Shown here piece after piece: positions 19,943 to 29,322 of a stretch of DNA of 64,000 nt. Under the pieces are notes generated by a model, which saw nothing but the letters and a program-made list of their open reading frames with translations, made no database searches and was not told the DNA's origin. The stretch is from Bacillota bacterium (lineage in GTDB: Bacteria > Bacillota > Negativicutes > Sporomusales > CTSoil-080), in NCBI GenBank assembly GCA_017889625.1, contig JAGGAD010000013.1, positions 9,842-73,841 on the forward strand. Direction: 5' to 3'. Both the position numbers and the translations under genes were made by a program. The first letter of the stretch is position 1. The number at the start of each line of letters is the position of its first letter.

Positions 19943-20738
19943 GATTATAAAATGTAACTGTGCAGCTGTGCATGAAAATCCATACATTGTGGTAGTGCCG
20001 CAATGTCATCCTAAGGTTGAAAAAAAACTAGAAAAAGCCATTACTATTCAACCCGATCCAGCTATCCTGAAAACTAAGTTGGCGGCGAAGGAATGTCTTG
20101 AACAGGCCCGCCAAGAAGCGGACACTATAACTCAATCTGCCAGTGAAGAAGCTGCAAATATTATTTCTCAAGCTAAAAGCCAGGCCGAAGAATTGCAGAA
20201 AACGGCTCAAGAGGAAGGGTTTAGCCAAGGCCATAATCAAGGTATGGCTGAAGGATTGGCCCAAGGCAGGGCTCAAGGAGAAAGCGAGGCTAAACAAAAT
20301 ATGCAACAGGCTGTCGATGAAGCTGTTGCTAATGCTCAGTCAATTGTGGAATTGGCTGAGCAAGAAGCTCAAAATATTTTAGCCCAAGCCGATCAGCAAA
20401 TTCTCGAGCTGGCGATTGCCATTGCTGGTAAAATTTTAAATCAGGAAATAGCTGAGAACCAGATGGCAGTAGTGCCAATCATCAAAGCAGCGTTAGATAA
20501 AGTACGGGATCAAGAACGTGTGGTCGTAAGGGTTAATCCGGAGAATTATAGCCTGGTACTTGCGGCAAAAGCTGAATTTTCCACATCAATGAATGGCTAT
20601 GCAGTAATTGATATTACTGCCGATGACAGTCTAAAAGCTGGCGATTGTATCGTTGAAACGCCTTTTGGAAATGTTGACGCCAGAATAGACAACCAGTTTG
20701 AAATATTAAAGACTGTGCTCAGAGATATTGCGTCATGA
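19935..20738 (+). CDS. fliH: Flagellar export apparatus protein FliH
   Basis: 267 aa. Glu/Ala/Gln-rich coiled-coil N-terminal half and a FliH-type C-terminal half. TTG start overlaps the fliG end. Lies between fliG and fliI. Confidence 0.85.
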   Translation: MSRIIKCNCAAVHENPYIVVVPQCHPKVEKKLEKAITIQPDPAILKTKLAAKECLEQARQEADTITQSASEEAANIISQAKSQAEELQKTAQEEGFSQGHNQGMAEGLAQGRAQGESEAKQNMQQAVDEAVANAQSIVELAEQEAQNILAQADQQILELAIAIAGKILNQEIAENQMAVVPIIKAALDKVRDQERVVVRVNPENYSLVLAAKAEFSTSMNGYAVIDITADDSLKAGDCIVETPFGNVDARIDNQFEILKTVLRDIAS

Positions 20739-22048
20739 GTAGATTTAGTAATAAAAAATATCTTAATGTTATAGAAGGTGTTGATCCATTAAGGCTAGTA
20801 GGCAAAGTCAGTCAGATTGTTGGACTTTTGATTGAGTCTATTGGGCCGCAGGTGTGTTTAGGTGATTTATGTTACATTAAATCGCCAAACCAGCCACAAC
20901 TGCTGCCGGCTGAAGTTGTCGGATTTCGTAAAAACAATGTACTCTTAATGCCACTAGGAGAAATGCAGGGTATCGGGCCGGGCGCAAGTGTTATATCGGC
21001 TCAAAGTACGTTAATGGTTAAAGTTGGTCCATCACTTTTGGGACGGGTTTTAGATGGGCTGGGTAAGCCGATCGATGACAAAGGGCCGCTTTTGTGTGAG
21101 GAGAAGTACCCGTTGCATAATGTACCGCCGTCGCCCCTTGCGAGAAAGCGGATAACAGAAAAGTTGTCGGTAGGGGTTCGGGCGATCGATGGTCTGTTAA
21201 CAATGGGGAGCGGACAGCGTGTAGGAATAATGGCTGGCAGCGGAGTGGGAAAGAGTACTCTTTTAGGTATGATTGCCCGCAATACTGAGGCGGATATTAG
21301 CGTTATCGCCTTAATAGGCGAACGGGGGCGTGAAGTTAGGGAATTTATTGAACGGGATCTTGGCGAAGAAGGATTAAAACGTTCAGTAGTTGTTGTTGCA
21401 ACTTCAGATCAGCCGGCGTTACTTCGCCTAAAAGGGGCAATGACGGCCACCGCAATTGCTGAGTATTTTCGGGATCAGGGCCATAATGTAATGCTAATGA
21501 TGGATTCGGTAACAAGATTTGCTGCTGCTCAACGTGAAATTGGCCTAACCGTTGGGGAGCCACCAGCGACAAGAGGCTATACTCCTTCAGTATTTGCAGT
21601 ACTACCTAAATTGCTGGAACGTACTGGACCGGCGGATCATGGATCAATAACTGGCATTTATACCGTACTGGTTGATGGTGATGATATGAATGAACCGATA
21701 GCTGATGCAGCGCGTAGTATTCTTGACGGGCACATTGTACTATCGAGAAAACTAGCCGATCAAAACCATTTTCCGGCTATTGATGTTTTGAGTAGTGTAA
21801 GTCGGCTCATGATGGAAGTGGCGGAAAAAGATCATTGGACAGCGGCTCAGAAACTTCGTTCGCTGATGGCGGTTTATCGGGAATCTGAAGATTTGATTAA
21901 TATTGGTGCTTATGTGCCGGGCAGTAATGCTCGTATTGACCAAGCTATTAGTGTAATTAATGATATTCGGGGCTTTCTCCAGCAGCCTGTTTATGAATAT
22001 ACCCAATTTGATGAAACCTGCAATCGCTTATTAGCTTTTACTGGTTAA
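20735..22048 (+). CDS. fliI: Flagellum-specific ATP synthase FliI
   Basis: 437 aa. Walker [12 protein letters not shown], Walker [14 protein letters not shown]1/T3SS ATPase core. Confidence 0.95.
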   Translation: MSRFSNKKYLNVIEGVDPLRLVGKVSQIVGLLIESIGPQVCLGDLCYIKSPNQPQLLPAEVVGFRKNNVLLMPLGEMQGIGPGASVISAQSTLMVKVGPSLLGRVLDGLGKPIDDKGPLLCEEKYPLHNVPPSPLARKRITEKLSVGVRAIDGLLTMGSGQRVGIMAGSGVGKSTLLGMIARNTEADISVIALIGERGREVREFIERDLGEEGLKRSVVVVATSDQPALLRLKGAMTATAIAEYFRDQGHNVMLMMDSVTRFAAAQREIGLTVGEPPATRGYTPSVFAVLPKLLERTGPADHGSITGIYTVLVDGDDMNEPIADAARSILDGHIVLSRKLADQNHFPAIDVLSSVSRLMMEVAEKDHWTAAQKLRSLMAVYRESEDLINIGAYVPGSNARIDQAISVINDIRGFLQQPVYEYTQFDETCNRLLAFTG

Positions 22049-22064
22049 CAAATGGGAGGATACA

Positions 22065-22508
22065 GTGAAGACTTTTCATTTTAGTCTTGAAACATTGCTT
22101 AAAGTTCGGCGGCTTGAAGAGGAAGAACTGCAGGTAAAACTCGCAGATGCAACCGCTAAACTTATGGCGGAAAAAGAGCGGGTAATATTATTACAAACAA
22201 AGCTGGCGGAGCATATTAGCAATTTTCGCAACGGTCAAAAGGAAAAGGTAACTGTTTCGACATTTAATGATTTTCACATTTATCACGATACGTTAAAAAG
22301 GAACATTGTTGTTCGAAATGAGCAGGTGGAGATTGCCCAAGGATTCCATAGCCAATGTTTAGCGGCTTTACAACAAGCTGTGAAGGCTCGAAAACTTGTT
22401 GAAAAATTGCGAAAAAAACGGTTGTTAGAATATCAAGCGGAATGTTTAGCAGAAGAACAAAAGCTTGTTGATGAACAAGGGTTACAAGTTTTTAACCGTA
22501 ATAAGTGA
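22065..22508 (+). CDS. fliJ: Flagellar export chaperone-like protein FliJ
   Basis: 147 aa, predicted coiled coil. Located immediately after fliI. Confidence 0.8.
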   Translation: MKTFHFSLETLLKVRRLEEEELQVKLADATAKLMAEKERVILLQTKLAEHISNFRNGQKEKVTVSTFNDFHIYHDTLKRNIVVRNEQVEIAQGFHSQCLAALQQAVKARKLVEKLRKKRLLEYQAECLAEEQKLVDEQGLQVFNRNK

Positions 22509-22520
22509 GGATTGTTTTAT

Positions 22521-23042
22521 ATGGAAAGTATACAAAAAGTAATTACCCGGATGAACGAAATACAAAATCGTTTTCAACCCCAGCTTCAAACAAATGTTTC
22601 GACTGAAAAATTTGCCAATACTTTGGCTAAGGTTCAGAACCAAACTCAAAGTGTTCAGGAAACCTCGCATGGGGATATAGCTGATATCGTTCGTAAAACA
22701 GCGGCAAAATATAATGTTGATCCTAAATTGGCATTAGGCGTTGCGGCAACTGAATCAAATTTTAATCCGAATGCGGTATCATCAGCAGGCGCAACCGGGG
22801 TGATGCAACTTATGCCGGAAACGGCAGCCGGGCTAGGCGTTAAAAATATTGCTGACCCGCAAGAAAATATTGATGGCGGTGTGCGGTATCTTAAAGAACT
22901 GCTTACGACTTTTAACGGTGATACCCAAAAAGCCGTTGCTGCGTATAATGCTGGTCCTGAAGCAGTAAAACGCTATGGCGGAGTACCGCCATATGCTGAA
23001 ACTCAAAATTATGTGCGTAAAGTTCTTGACACAAGTTGTTAA
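22521..23042 (+). CDS. Lytic transglycosylase (SLT domain), flagellar-cluster associated
   Basis: About 173 aa. SLT catalytic motif ATESNFNPNAVSSAGATGVMQLMPETA and AYNAGPEAV. SD gtgagga precedes ATG 22521. Confidence 0.85.
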   Translation: MESIQKVITRMNEIQNRFQPQLQTNVSTEKFANTLAKVQNQTQSVQETSHGDIADIVRKTAAKYNVDPKLALGVAATESNFNPNAVSSAGATGVMQLMPETAAGLGVKNIADPQENIDGGVRYLKELLTTFNGDTQKAVAAYNAGPEAVKRYGGVPPYAETQNYVRKVLDTSC

Positions 23043-23087
23043 TGTATATCTTACATCACTTTAAAGTGAAGGTAGGCATGGAATGAT

Positions 23088-23735
23088 ATGGCTGACAAAA
23101 AGAAACTTCAGGTAGTTGAGCCGGTAATTGAGACTGAAGAAGCGCCAACGGGGAAAAAACGTTGGTTGCTACGAATAGGGTTGGGGCTAGTAGTTGGTGT
23201 CATAATCCTCGTGGTGGCTACCTTGGCAGGAATTTACTTTAAATTTATCGACGTATCAGATTTTGCACAACGAAATAATTTAAGTGATTATCCTGTTGTA
23301 GGAAAACTTTTTTCGCGCCCAGCTACTAATTTTGAAACTGTTGATGGTGACGGATATTCAACTACCAGTGGACAATTGGCAGATAACCAGAACGCTGGTA
23401 TGCCAAAAATTGATACTGGGGCTATGCCAGCGGTACAACCGACTGCTCTGCCACAACCGGCAGCGCAGCCGACAATGCAGTTGACGAATGCCGAAGAAAT
23501 GGCCAAAATAATGGAACAAGCTAAAAAAGATGAGCAAAAACGTATATCGAAAACGGCTCGTTTGTTGGGAACGATGAAAGCGGACGAGGCGGCGCAGATC
23601 ATAAATCAATTAGATGATCAGACGGTCGTGGCCATTTTTAATAAAATGGATGAAGATCAAGCCGCTCAAATATTAGCCCAAATTGATTCTTCACGAGCCG
23701 CTGGATTGACGAAAGTTATGCTTAGAGGCAAATAG
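23088..23735 (+). CDS. Flagellar-cluster membrane protein with MgtE_N-like C-terminal repeats (YlxF/FlbB-like)
   Basis: 215 aa. One N-terminal TM (LLRIGLGLVVGVIILVVATLAGI). C-terminal ADEAAQIINQLDDQTVVAIFNKMDEDQAAQILAQID. Same position as B. subtilis ylxF. Confidence 0.7.
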   Translation: MADKKKLQVVEPVIETEEAPTGKKRWLLRIGLGLVVGVIILVVATLAGIYFKFIDVSDFAQRNNLSDYPVVGKLFSRPATNFETVDGDGYSTTSGQLADNQNAGMPKIDTGAMPAVQPTALPQPAAQPTMQLTNAEEMAKIMEQAKKDEQKRISKTARLLGTMKADEAAQIINQLDDQTVVAIFNKMDEDQAAQILAQIDSSRAAGLTKVMLRGK

Positions 23736-23774
23736 CCTTTTAGTATATAGTCTACTTGAAAGGAGGTGAAAAGA

Positions 23775-23798
23775 ATGAATATGAATATGAATATGAAT
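23775..23798 (+). repeat. (ATGAAT)x4 tandem hexanucleotide repeat at the fliK start
   Basis: atgaatatgaatatgaatatgaat read directly from the sequence. It encodes MNMNMNMN in frame. Confidence 0.95.
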
Positions 23799-25217
23799 AT
23801 ACCGGTTAAGCCAATGGCTCAGGAAGGACCTTTAACTAAAGCGCCGATCAAATCGACTGCTAAGCAAGTTGCTTCATTGAGTAATAAACAAGACAAAAAT
23901 ACCGATAAATTTGCTGATATGTTGTCTAAGTCAATAGATAAATCTTCGGAGTCTTTAGACCAAAAGAAGGCAACTGAACAGAATACTACCGGCACTCAAG
24001 ATGAGTTGGCAGCAATGGCTAGCGCTATGCCTGTGGTTAAATTGGTTTCTGATAATGCTAACCTTGGCGACTTGCAATTAACTCAACAAAATGTAGTGCC
24101 GATCGTAGCTAATGCTTCGCCGTTAGTAGCAGTAGAAAATAACTTGGCTGATGATCAGAAAAGTCCATTAGTAGAGGTTAATGTTCAGCCACAAATTAAA
24201 ACAACCACTGAAATAGATAAAACCGGATTGAGTAGTATATTAAACAATGCTACTAGTGTAGCTGACGCTAAGAAGTCTGATGCCAAAATTAATAATATGG
24301 CTCAAGTATTACCTGAAAAGCTGGTATTGGGTTTAGCTAATGATTCCGTAATGGAAGAAAGTCCGAAACAGGTCGTGGCTCCAATTGGTATGAATGTTGA
24401 AGTTATTGATACAGTTAAAGCGGAAACTACTATTATGCCACAAAAAACTGGCGTGGTGACCGGAGAACAAGATAAGACCGTGTGGGTTGATGTTCAACCG
24501 TTACCGATGCAAAATCAGGCGACTCAGCAAGTGAACTTATCGCAAGTCATTCCCGAGACAACTACAACCCTAATAAAAGCGGTTAGCTCAGAGGATACCG
24601 GCGATGCCGGGAACAACTTGGCAACAGATATCTTCTCCGATAAAGATGGTACTGGGACAAAAAGTAAACCGTTAACCGTTGAAACTACCCCGTTTGCGGG
24701 TGTTCTTGATCAACAGAGCCAAAAGGTTGAAGCCGGTGCCAATATTATCCCAGATAGTAAAGCTGTACAACAACCAGGCGACCGACATAATGTCTTAGGA
24801 CAGATTGTTGATCAGGCTAGAGTAATTAACCGTTCCAATAACTCGGAAATGATAATTAAATTGAAGCCTGAACATCTTGGGGAATTAACGCTGAAGATTG
24901 TAGTGGAAAATGGCGCAGTCAGTGCAAAATTCTTGACTAATCAGCCTGAAGTTCGCAGTGCTATTGAAGCTTCACTGCCGCAACTTCGTCAAGAACTTTC
25001 TAATCAAGGACTTAAAGTTGACCAGGTTGGGGTATATACTTCGTTAAACCAATCTTTTGGTAACGACCATCAACAATCTCAACAGGCTCAACAGCAATTC
25101 CAAACGGCAAAACATCGTTCCGAGTTACGCGACAATCAAGAATTTGTAGACACGATTGAAAAAGTAGCTGCAGCTACACCAGCAACAGCAGATACTGGTA
25201 TCGATTATCGAATTTAA
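23775..25217 (+). CDS. fliK: Flagellar hook-length control protein FliK
   Basis: About 480 aa. Low-complexity Gln/Thr/Val-rich body and C-terminal Flg_hook domain (IIKLKPEHLGELTLKIVVENGAVSAKF...LRQELSNQGL). The SD is too close to GTG 23766, so ATG 23775 is preferred. Confidence 0.85.
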   Translation: MNMNMNMNIPVKPMAQEGPLTKAPIKSTAKQVASLSNKQDKNTDKFADMLSKSIDKSSESLDQKKATEQNTTGTQDELAAMASAMPVVKLVSDNANLGDLQLTQQNVVPIVANASPLVAVENNLADDQKSPLVEVNVQPQIKTTTEIDKTGLSSILNNATSVADAKKSDAKINNMAQVLPEKLVLGLANDSVMEESPKQVVAPIGMNVEVIDTVKAETTIMPQKTGVVTGEQDKTVWVDVQPLPMQNQATQQVNLSQVIPETTTTLIKAVSSEDTGDAGNNLATDIFSDKDGTGTKSKPLTVETTPFAGVLDQQSQKVEAGANIIPDSKAVQQPGDRHNVLGQIVDQARVINRSNNSEMIIKLKPEHLGELTLKIVVENGAVSAKFLTNQPEVRSAIEASLPQLRQELSNQGLKVDQVGVYTSLNQSFGNDHQQSQQAQQQFQTAKHRSELRDNQEFVDTIEKVAAATPATADTGIDYRI

Positions 25218-25234
25218 TGTAAGGAGGTGAGAAC

Positions 25235-25987
25235 ATGCCAAATGTAGTAGGTGCAACTGGTACTCTTAATCAGGCTGCAACTGTCGGAACTGACCAGCCC
25301 AGTAGAACGAAGAAATCTGATGGTATGGGTAAAGATGATTTTCTAAAATTACTAGTAACGCAACTTAGATATCAGGATCCACTTAAACCAATGGATGATA
25401 CTCAATTTGTATCGCAAATGGCGCAATTCTCTAGTTTGGAACAAATGCACAACTTGAATACCACAACGCTTTTAAATCAAGCTACAAATTTAATAGGTAA
25501 AACTGTTAATTGGCCGGCTGATGATGGTAGCCTTTTAAGCGGAGTTGTCAAATCAGTAAAAGTAATTGATGGTCAACCAAAATTGGAAATGAATATACAA
25601 GATGTTGATATTAAAGATCTACTAGGAAATAAACCAGAGGATCCTCACGAACTTATTGGTCAGAAAGTAATTTGGAATACTGGAGATGGAACCGCCAATA
25701 CGGCAAAAGTCTTAGCTGTGAAAGATGTAAATGGTGTGAAAAAGCTTGTTGTTGAAGGTGAAATAGTTGAGTTAGCTAAGGTACAGGGGGTGCAGAATAA
25801 CGCTCCGGAGATAGAAAAGGCTAATTTAGTATCCAAGACTAGTTCTAATCCGGAACTAGTTAAAAAACCTAATGCTAAGGTAACTCAGGTTGCTGCACCT
25901 GGAATAGCTGCTCCGATTGTGCCAAGTTTGAACCCGGTTATTTCGAATGCAGTTAAGCCCAAGGCATCAGAAGTTAAAACTGAATAG
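25235..25987 (+). CDS. flgD: Flagellar hook assembly (capping) protein FlgD
   Basis: 250 aa. N-terminal motif FLKLLVTQLRYQDPLKPMDDTQF..QFSSLEQ. Two similar beta-rich segments and a long Pro/Lys/Val-rich tail. Confidence 0.88.
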   Translation: MPNVVGATGTLNQAATVGTDQPSRTKKSDGMGKDDFLKLLVTQLRYQDPLKPMDDTQFVSQMAQFSSLEQMHNLNTTTLLNQATNLIGKTVNWPADDGSLLSGVVKSVKVIDGQPKLEMNIQDVDIKDLLGNKPEDPHELIGQKVIWNTGDGTANTAKVLAVKDVNGVKKLVVEGEIVELAKVQGVQNNAPEIEKANLVSKTSSNPELVKKPNAKVTQVAAPGIAAPIVPSLNPVISNAVKPKASEVKTE

Positions 25988-25999
25988 GAGGGGGAGATT

Positions 26000-26395
26000 A
26001 TGGCCGACAACCGTATTTATTACCCCCAACAGCCAGTTTTACCCATAGGCAAGGCAGCCTACAATCCCAAAACTTCTAACAGTTCGAAACCTGTTGCTGC
26101 AAATGAACCGCCATTTAGCCAAGTACTGGGGCAAGAATTAACAGGACTAAAATTTTCCCAGCACGCACTGGATAGGCTAGAAACCCGCAATATCGCGTTA
26201 AACAAAACTGATTTAGCAAAAATAAGCGGGGCAGTAGAAAAAGCGGCGCAAAAAGGAGCCCGGGAATCGCTTATACTTATGGATAACTTAGCGTTGGTGG
26301 TAAGCGTAAAAAATCGTACCGTTATAACTGCTATGGATGGCGGCAGTGTTAGAGACAATGTTTTTACTAATATTGATAGCGCGGTGATTATATAG
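26000..26395 (+). CDS. Flagellar operon protein of unknown function (TIGR02530-like)
   Basis: 131 aa. Motif FSQHALDRLETRNI. Conserved position between flgD and flgE in Clostridia-type clusters. Confidence 0.7.
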   Translation: MADNRIYYPQQPVLPIGKAAYNPKTSNSSKPVAANEPPFSQVLGQELTGLKFSQHALDRLETRNIALNKTDLAKISGAVEKAAQKGARESLILMDNLALVVSVKNRTVITAMDGGSVRDNVFTNIDSAVII

Positions 26396-26479
26396 GGCTG
26401 GACCGAGTAGGGAGCCCTGGCTGTTGAATGATTGATACAGCCAGCCGTAATAGGCTAATTTTTAGGAGGTCGTGTAATT

Positions 26480-27721
26480 ATGATGCGTTCATTATTTGCT
26501 GGTGTGTCCGGCTTAAAAAATCATCAAACCCGTATGGATGTAATTGGCAATAACATTGCCAACGTAAATACTGTAGGCTTTAAATACAGCCGTACCAACT
26601 TTCAAGATGTTCTTAGCCAAACTATTCAAGGGGCATCATCGGCCCAAGGTAATAAAGGCGGGACTAACCCGATGCAAGTTGGCCTTGGTGTAGGGATGGC
26701 CAGTATTGATACAATTTTTACTGATGGCAGTTTTCAGCCTACAGGAAAATTAACGGATTTATCTATTCAGGGACAAGGGTTCTTCGTGCTTCATGATGCA
26801 TCGGGTAACAATATTTATACTCGTGCTGGTAATTTCGATTTTGATAAACAAGGTAACTTTCTTGTACCTGGTACCGGTTACAAAGTTATGGGTTATCAAG
26901 CTAATGATGGCACCGTTGGCACAGAACTTGGTGCATTGAAAGTTCCGGTAGGTAGTGCTATGGCTCCGAAGCCGACAACTAAAGCTACTTTTAATAAAAA
27001 TCTTGATGCTTCTTCAGAAGTCGGTAAATCTCTATCAAAAACTGTTACCGTATATGATACCAATGGTAGTGCTCATAATGTTACCTGCACCTTTTCGAAA
27101 ACCGGAATTGGTACTTGGAATATGGCGGTAGCCGCAGGAGATAAAACTTCAACTGTAACCGGCGGGCCGTATACTATTACTTTTAATCCTAATGGTACCA
27201 TGACTGCTACAGCGGCTGGTGGTGCAGCTCAGGCCGGCTTTGTTGTAACGCCGACCGCGCCAGGTAATCCTGGTGCTTTAGTAACGGTTACTCCGGACTT
27301 TTCTGCGCTTACTCAGTTTGCGGGGGATGCTACTCTGGTAGGCGATGCGGATGGCTATAAATCAGGTACATTGCAAAACGTTTCAATTGATCCAAACGGC
27401 AGTTTAATGGGACGCTTTGATAATGGACAAAGTCAGGTTATGGGTAAGGTGTCAGTGGCTATTTTCGAAAACCCGGCTGGACTTACTAAAGTTGGCAGTA
27501 ACATGTTTGTTGAATCAAGTAACTCTGGCACTGCCGCGATTGATCAAGGCGGGGTTGGTGGTCGTGGTTCTTTTAGCCCTGGTACGCTTGAAATGTCCAA
27601 CGTTGATTTAGCAAATGAATTTAGTAGTATGATTATCACGCAACGTGGTTTCCAGGCTAACTCGAAAATTATTACAGTTACTGATGAGATGCTTCAAGAT
27701 CTTGCTAATCTAAAACGATAA
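26480..27721 (+). CDS. flgE: Flagellar hook protein FlgE
   Basis: 413 aa. N-terminal SLFAGVSGLKNHQTRMDVIGNNIANVNTVGFK; C-terminal ITQRGFQANSKIITVTDEMLQDLANLKR. Confidence 0.93.
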   Translation: MMRSLFAGVSGLKNHQTRMDVIGNNIANVNTVGFKYSRTNFQDVLSQTIQGASSAQGNKGGTNPMQVGLGVGMASIDTIFTDGSFQPTGKLTDLSIQGQGFFVLHDASGNNIYTRAGNFDFDKQGNFLVPGTGYKVMGYQANDGTVGTELGALKVPVGSAMAPKPTTKATFNKNLDASSEVGKSLSKTVTVYDTNGSAHNVTCTFSKTGIGTWNMAVAAGDKTSTVTGGPYTITFNPNGTMTATAAGGAAQAGFVVTPTAPGNPGALVTVTPDFSALTQFAGDATLVGDADGYKSGTLQNVSIDPNGSLMGRFDNGQSQVMGKVSVAIFENPAGLTKVGSNMFVESSNSGTAAIDQGGVGGRGSFSPGTLEMSNVDLANEFSSMIITQRGFQANSKIITVTDEMLQDLANLKR

Positions 27722-27784
27722 TGAGTTGATGGGAAGTCAGGGGGGATGGTTCCCCCTGAGTCCCAAGTGATATGGAGGTTTGAA

Positions 27785-27982
27785 GTGATAAAATTAACGA
27801 AATTTAAGAACAGTGATCATGACTTTGTTGTTAATGCCGATTTAATTGAAACAATTGAAGAAACTCCAGATACAGTCATTACTCTTACAAGTGGGAAAAA
27901 ACTAATTGTGAGCGAATCGATGGACGAAGTGGTTCGTCGGGTAATGGAGTACCGTAGAGCTCTTTACCGGAATTTGCGGTAA
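27785..27982 (+). CDS. flbD: Flagellar protein FlbD
   Basis: 65 aa, VIKLTKFKNSDHDFVVNADLIETIEETPDTVITLTSGKK. SD ggagg lies 6 nt before GTG 27785. The ORF-track start at 27746 lies in the flgE-distal hairpin. Confidence 0.85.
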   Translation: MIKLTKFKNSDHDFVVNADLIETIEETPDTVITLTSGKKLIVSESMDEVVRRVMEYRRALYRNLR

Positions 27983-27995
27983 GTGAGGTAATGCT

Positions 27996-28763
27996 ATGGA
28001 TTTGGTAACAGTTGGAGGCCTGTTTGTTGGGATTTGTGCACTGCTGATAGGAGTAGTTGTTGAAGGTGGCCATCTTTCCGGTTTAGTTAGTTTGCCAGCG
28101 TTTATCATAATTTTTGGCGGTACTATTGGAGCCACTGCTATTGGGTTTTCGGTTAAAGAGTTGAAAGCTGTTCCTAGTATGCTCCGAATAGCCTTTTTTG
28201 AGCAAGAACAGGATTCAGCATTATTAATTAAGACAATGAGTAAATTTGCCGAAACTGCACGTAGAAATGGCCTACTAGCATTGGAAGATGAGTTAGTTGC
28301 TATTGATGACAAGTTTCTACTTAAAGGTATGCAATTGGTTATTGACGGAACTGATGCCGAATTAGTTCGCAATATCATGGAAACCGAATTAGCCTTTATT
28401 CAGGAACGTCACAATAAAGGAGCTAGCATCTTTGATGCAGCTGGTGGGTATGCTCCGACAATGGGGATTATTGGGACTGTTATGGGATTAGTACATGTTT
28501 TAGGAAATCTACAAGATGCTGAAGCGTTAGGACCAGCAATTGCTACTGCGTTTCTCGCAACTCTGTATGGGATTTTTAGTGCTAATATTTTTTTCTTGCC
28601 AATCGCTGCTAAATTAAAAAACCGCAGCTCGAACCAAATTATTGTTTACGAGATAGCTTTAGAAGGCATTCTTTCGGTACAAGCTGGCGATAACCCGCGC
28701 ATTGTTGAAGAAAAACTGGAAGCTTTTTTAGCGCCTAGTGATCGTGTACAAAAGAAGAATTAA
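27996..28763 (+). CDS. motA: Flagellar stator protein MotA
   Basis: 255 aa with four predicted TM segments. MotA/TolQ/ExbB channel core YAPTMGIIGTVMGLVHVL and LATLYGIFSANIFFLPIA. The C-terminus appears complete. Confidence 0.9.
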   Translation: MDLVTVGGLFVGICALLIGVVVEGGHLSGLVSLPAFIIIFGGTIGATAIGFSVKELKAVPSMLRIAFFEQEQDSALLIKTMSKFAETARRNGLLALEDELVAIDDKFLLKGMQLVIDGTDAELVRNIMETELAFIQERHNKGASIFDAAGGYAPTMGIIGTVMGLVHVLGNLQDAEALGPAIATAFLATLYGIFSANIFFLPIAAKLKNRSSNQIIVYEIALEGILSVQAGDNPRIVEEKLEAFLAPSDRVQKKN

Positions 28764-28827
28764 GCCTACATAAACATAAAATTTTGGCAATTTGGTTTTT
28801 GGTGGGGTAAAAAGAGGAGGTAATGAT

Positions 28828-29295
28828 ATGGCAGACAAAGAGGAAAAAAAAGGCTTTCCAATTATGATGGTTGCGGCAATATTGGTGATCTGTTGCGCTC
28901 TGGCCGGCGGAATATCTTATTTTGTAGTAACTAAATTCACGACTACTGAAAAAGTTGTTGCTCGTGAGCCAGGTACAATGGTTAAAATTGGTGATGCAAA
29001 AGATGGCCTTATTTTAAATATTGGTGGCCTCAGTAGTGGACGGTTTCTAAAAATTGGAGTGACACTGGAAATAAAAACTGACACAAAAGCGCAAGAATCG
29101 GCAGGAAAAACTCAGTCGCCTGATGAAATAAAGATACAAGATGCTGTAGTTTGTGTTCTCAGGTCACAAAAACTCGAAGATTTTGAACCCGCTAAGCAAG
29201 AGCATATCAAAGAGCTCATAAAAAACGAAGTTAATAAAGCGTTGGGGAAAGATGTGGTTATGGATGTTTATATCACAAACTTCGTTTTGCAATAG
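28828..29295 (+). CDS. fliL: Flagellar basal body-associated protein FliL
   Basis: 155 aa. One TM (IMMVAAILVICCALAGGISYFVV) and the FliL C-terminal domain ending VYITNFVLQ. SD agaggagg precedes ATG 28828. Confidence 0.88.
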   Translation: MADKEEKKGFPIMMVAAILVICCALAGGISYFVVTKFTTTEKVVAREPGTMVKIGDAKDGLILNIGGLSSGRFLKIGVTLEIKTDTKAQESAGKTQSPDEIKIQDAVVCVLRSQKLEDFEPAKQEHIKELIKNEVNKALGKDVVMDVYITNFVLQ

Positions 29296-29322
29296 TAGCG
29301 GCCAGCGCGAGAGGGGGAGGAC

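Noticed and set aside
19419-19987. Alternative-frame (+, 162 aa) and antisense (-, 167 aa) ORFs inside fliG
   Set aside because: fliG is unambiguous in its own frame. These are long open frames expected by chance in AT-rich coding DNA.
23056-23069. 14-bp perfect palindrome tcactttaaagtga between the SLT gene and the ylxF-like gene
   Set aside because: It is short, AT-rich and isolated. It could be an operator, but nothing else supports that, so I recorded it only as noticed.
27902-28378. 158-aa minus-strand ORF antisense to flbD/motA
   Set aside because: It overlaps well-supported flbD and motA. Its Ser/Asn/Pro-rich translation matches no known family.
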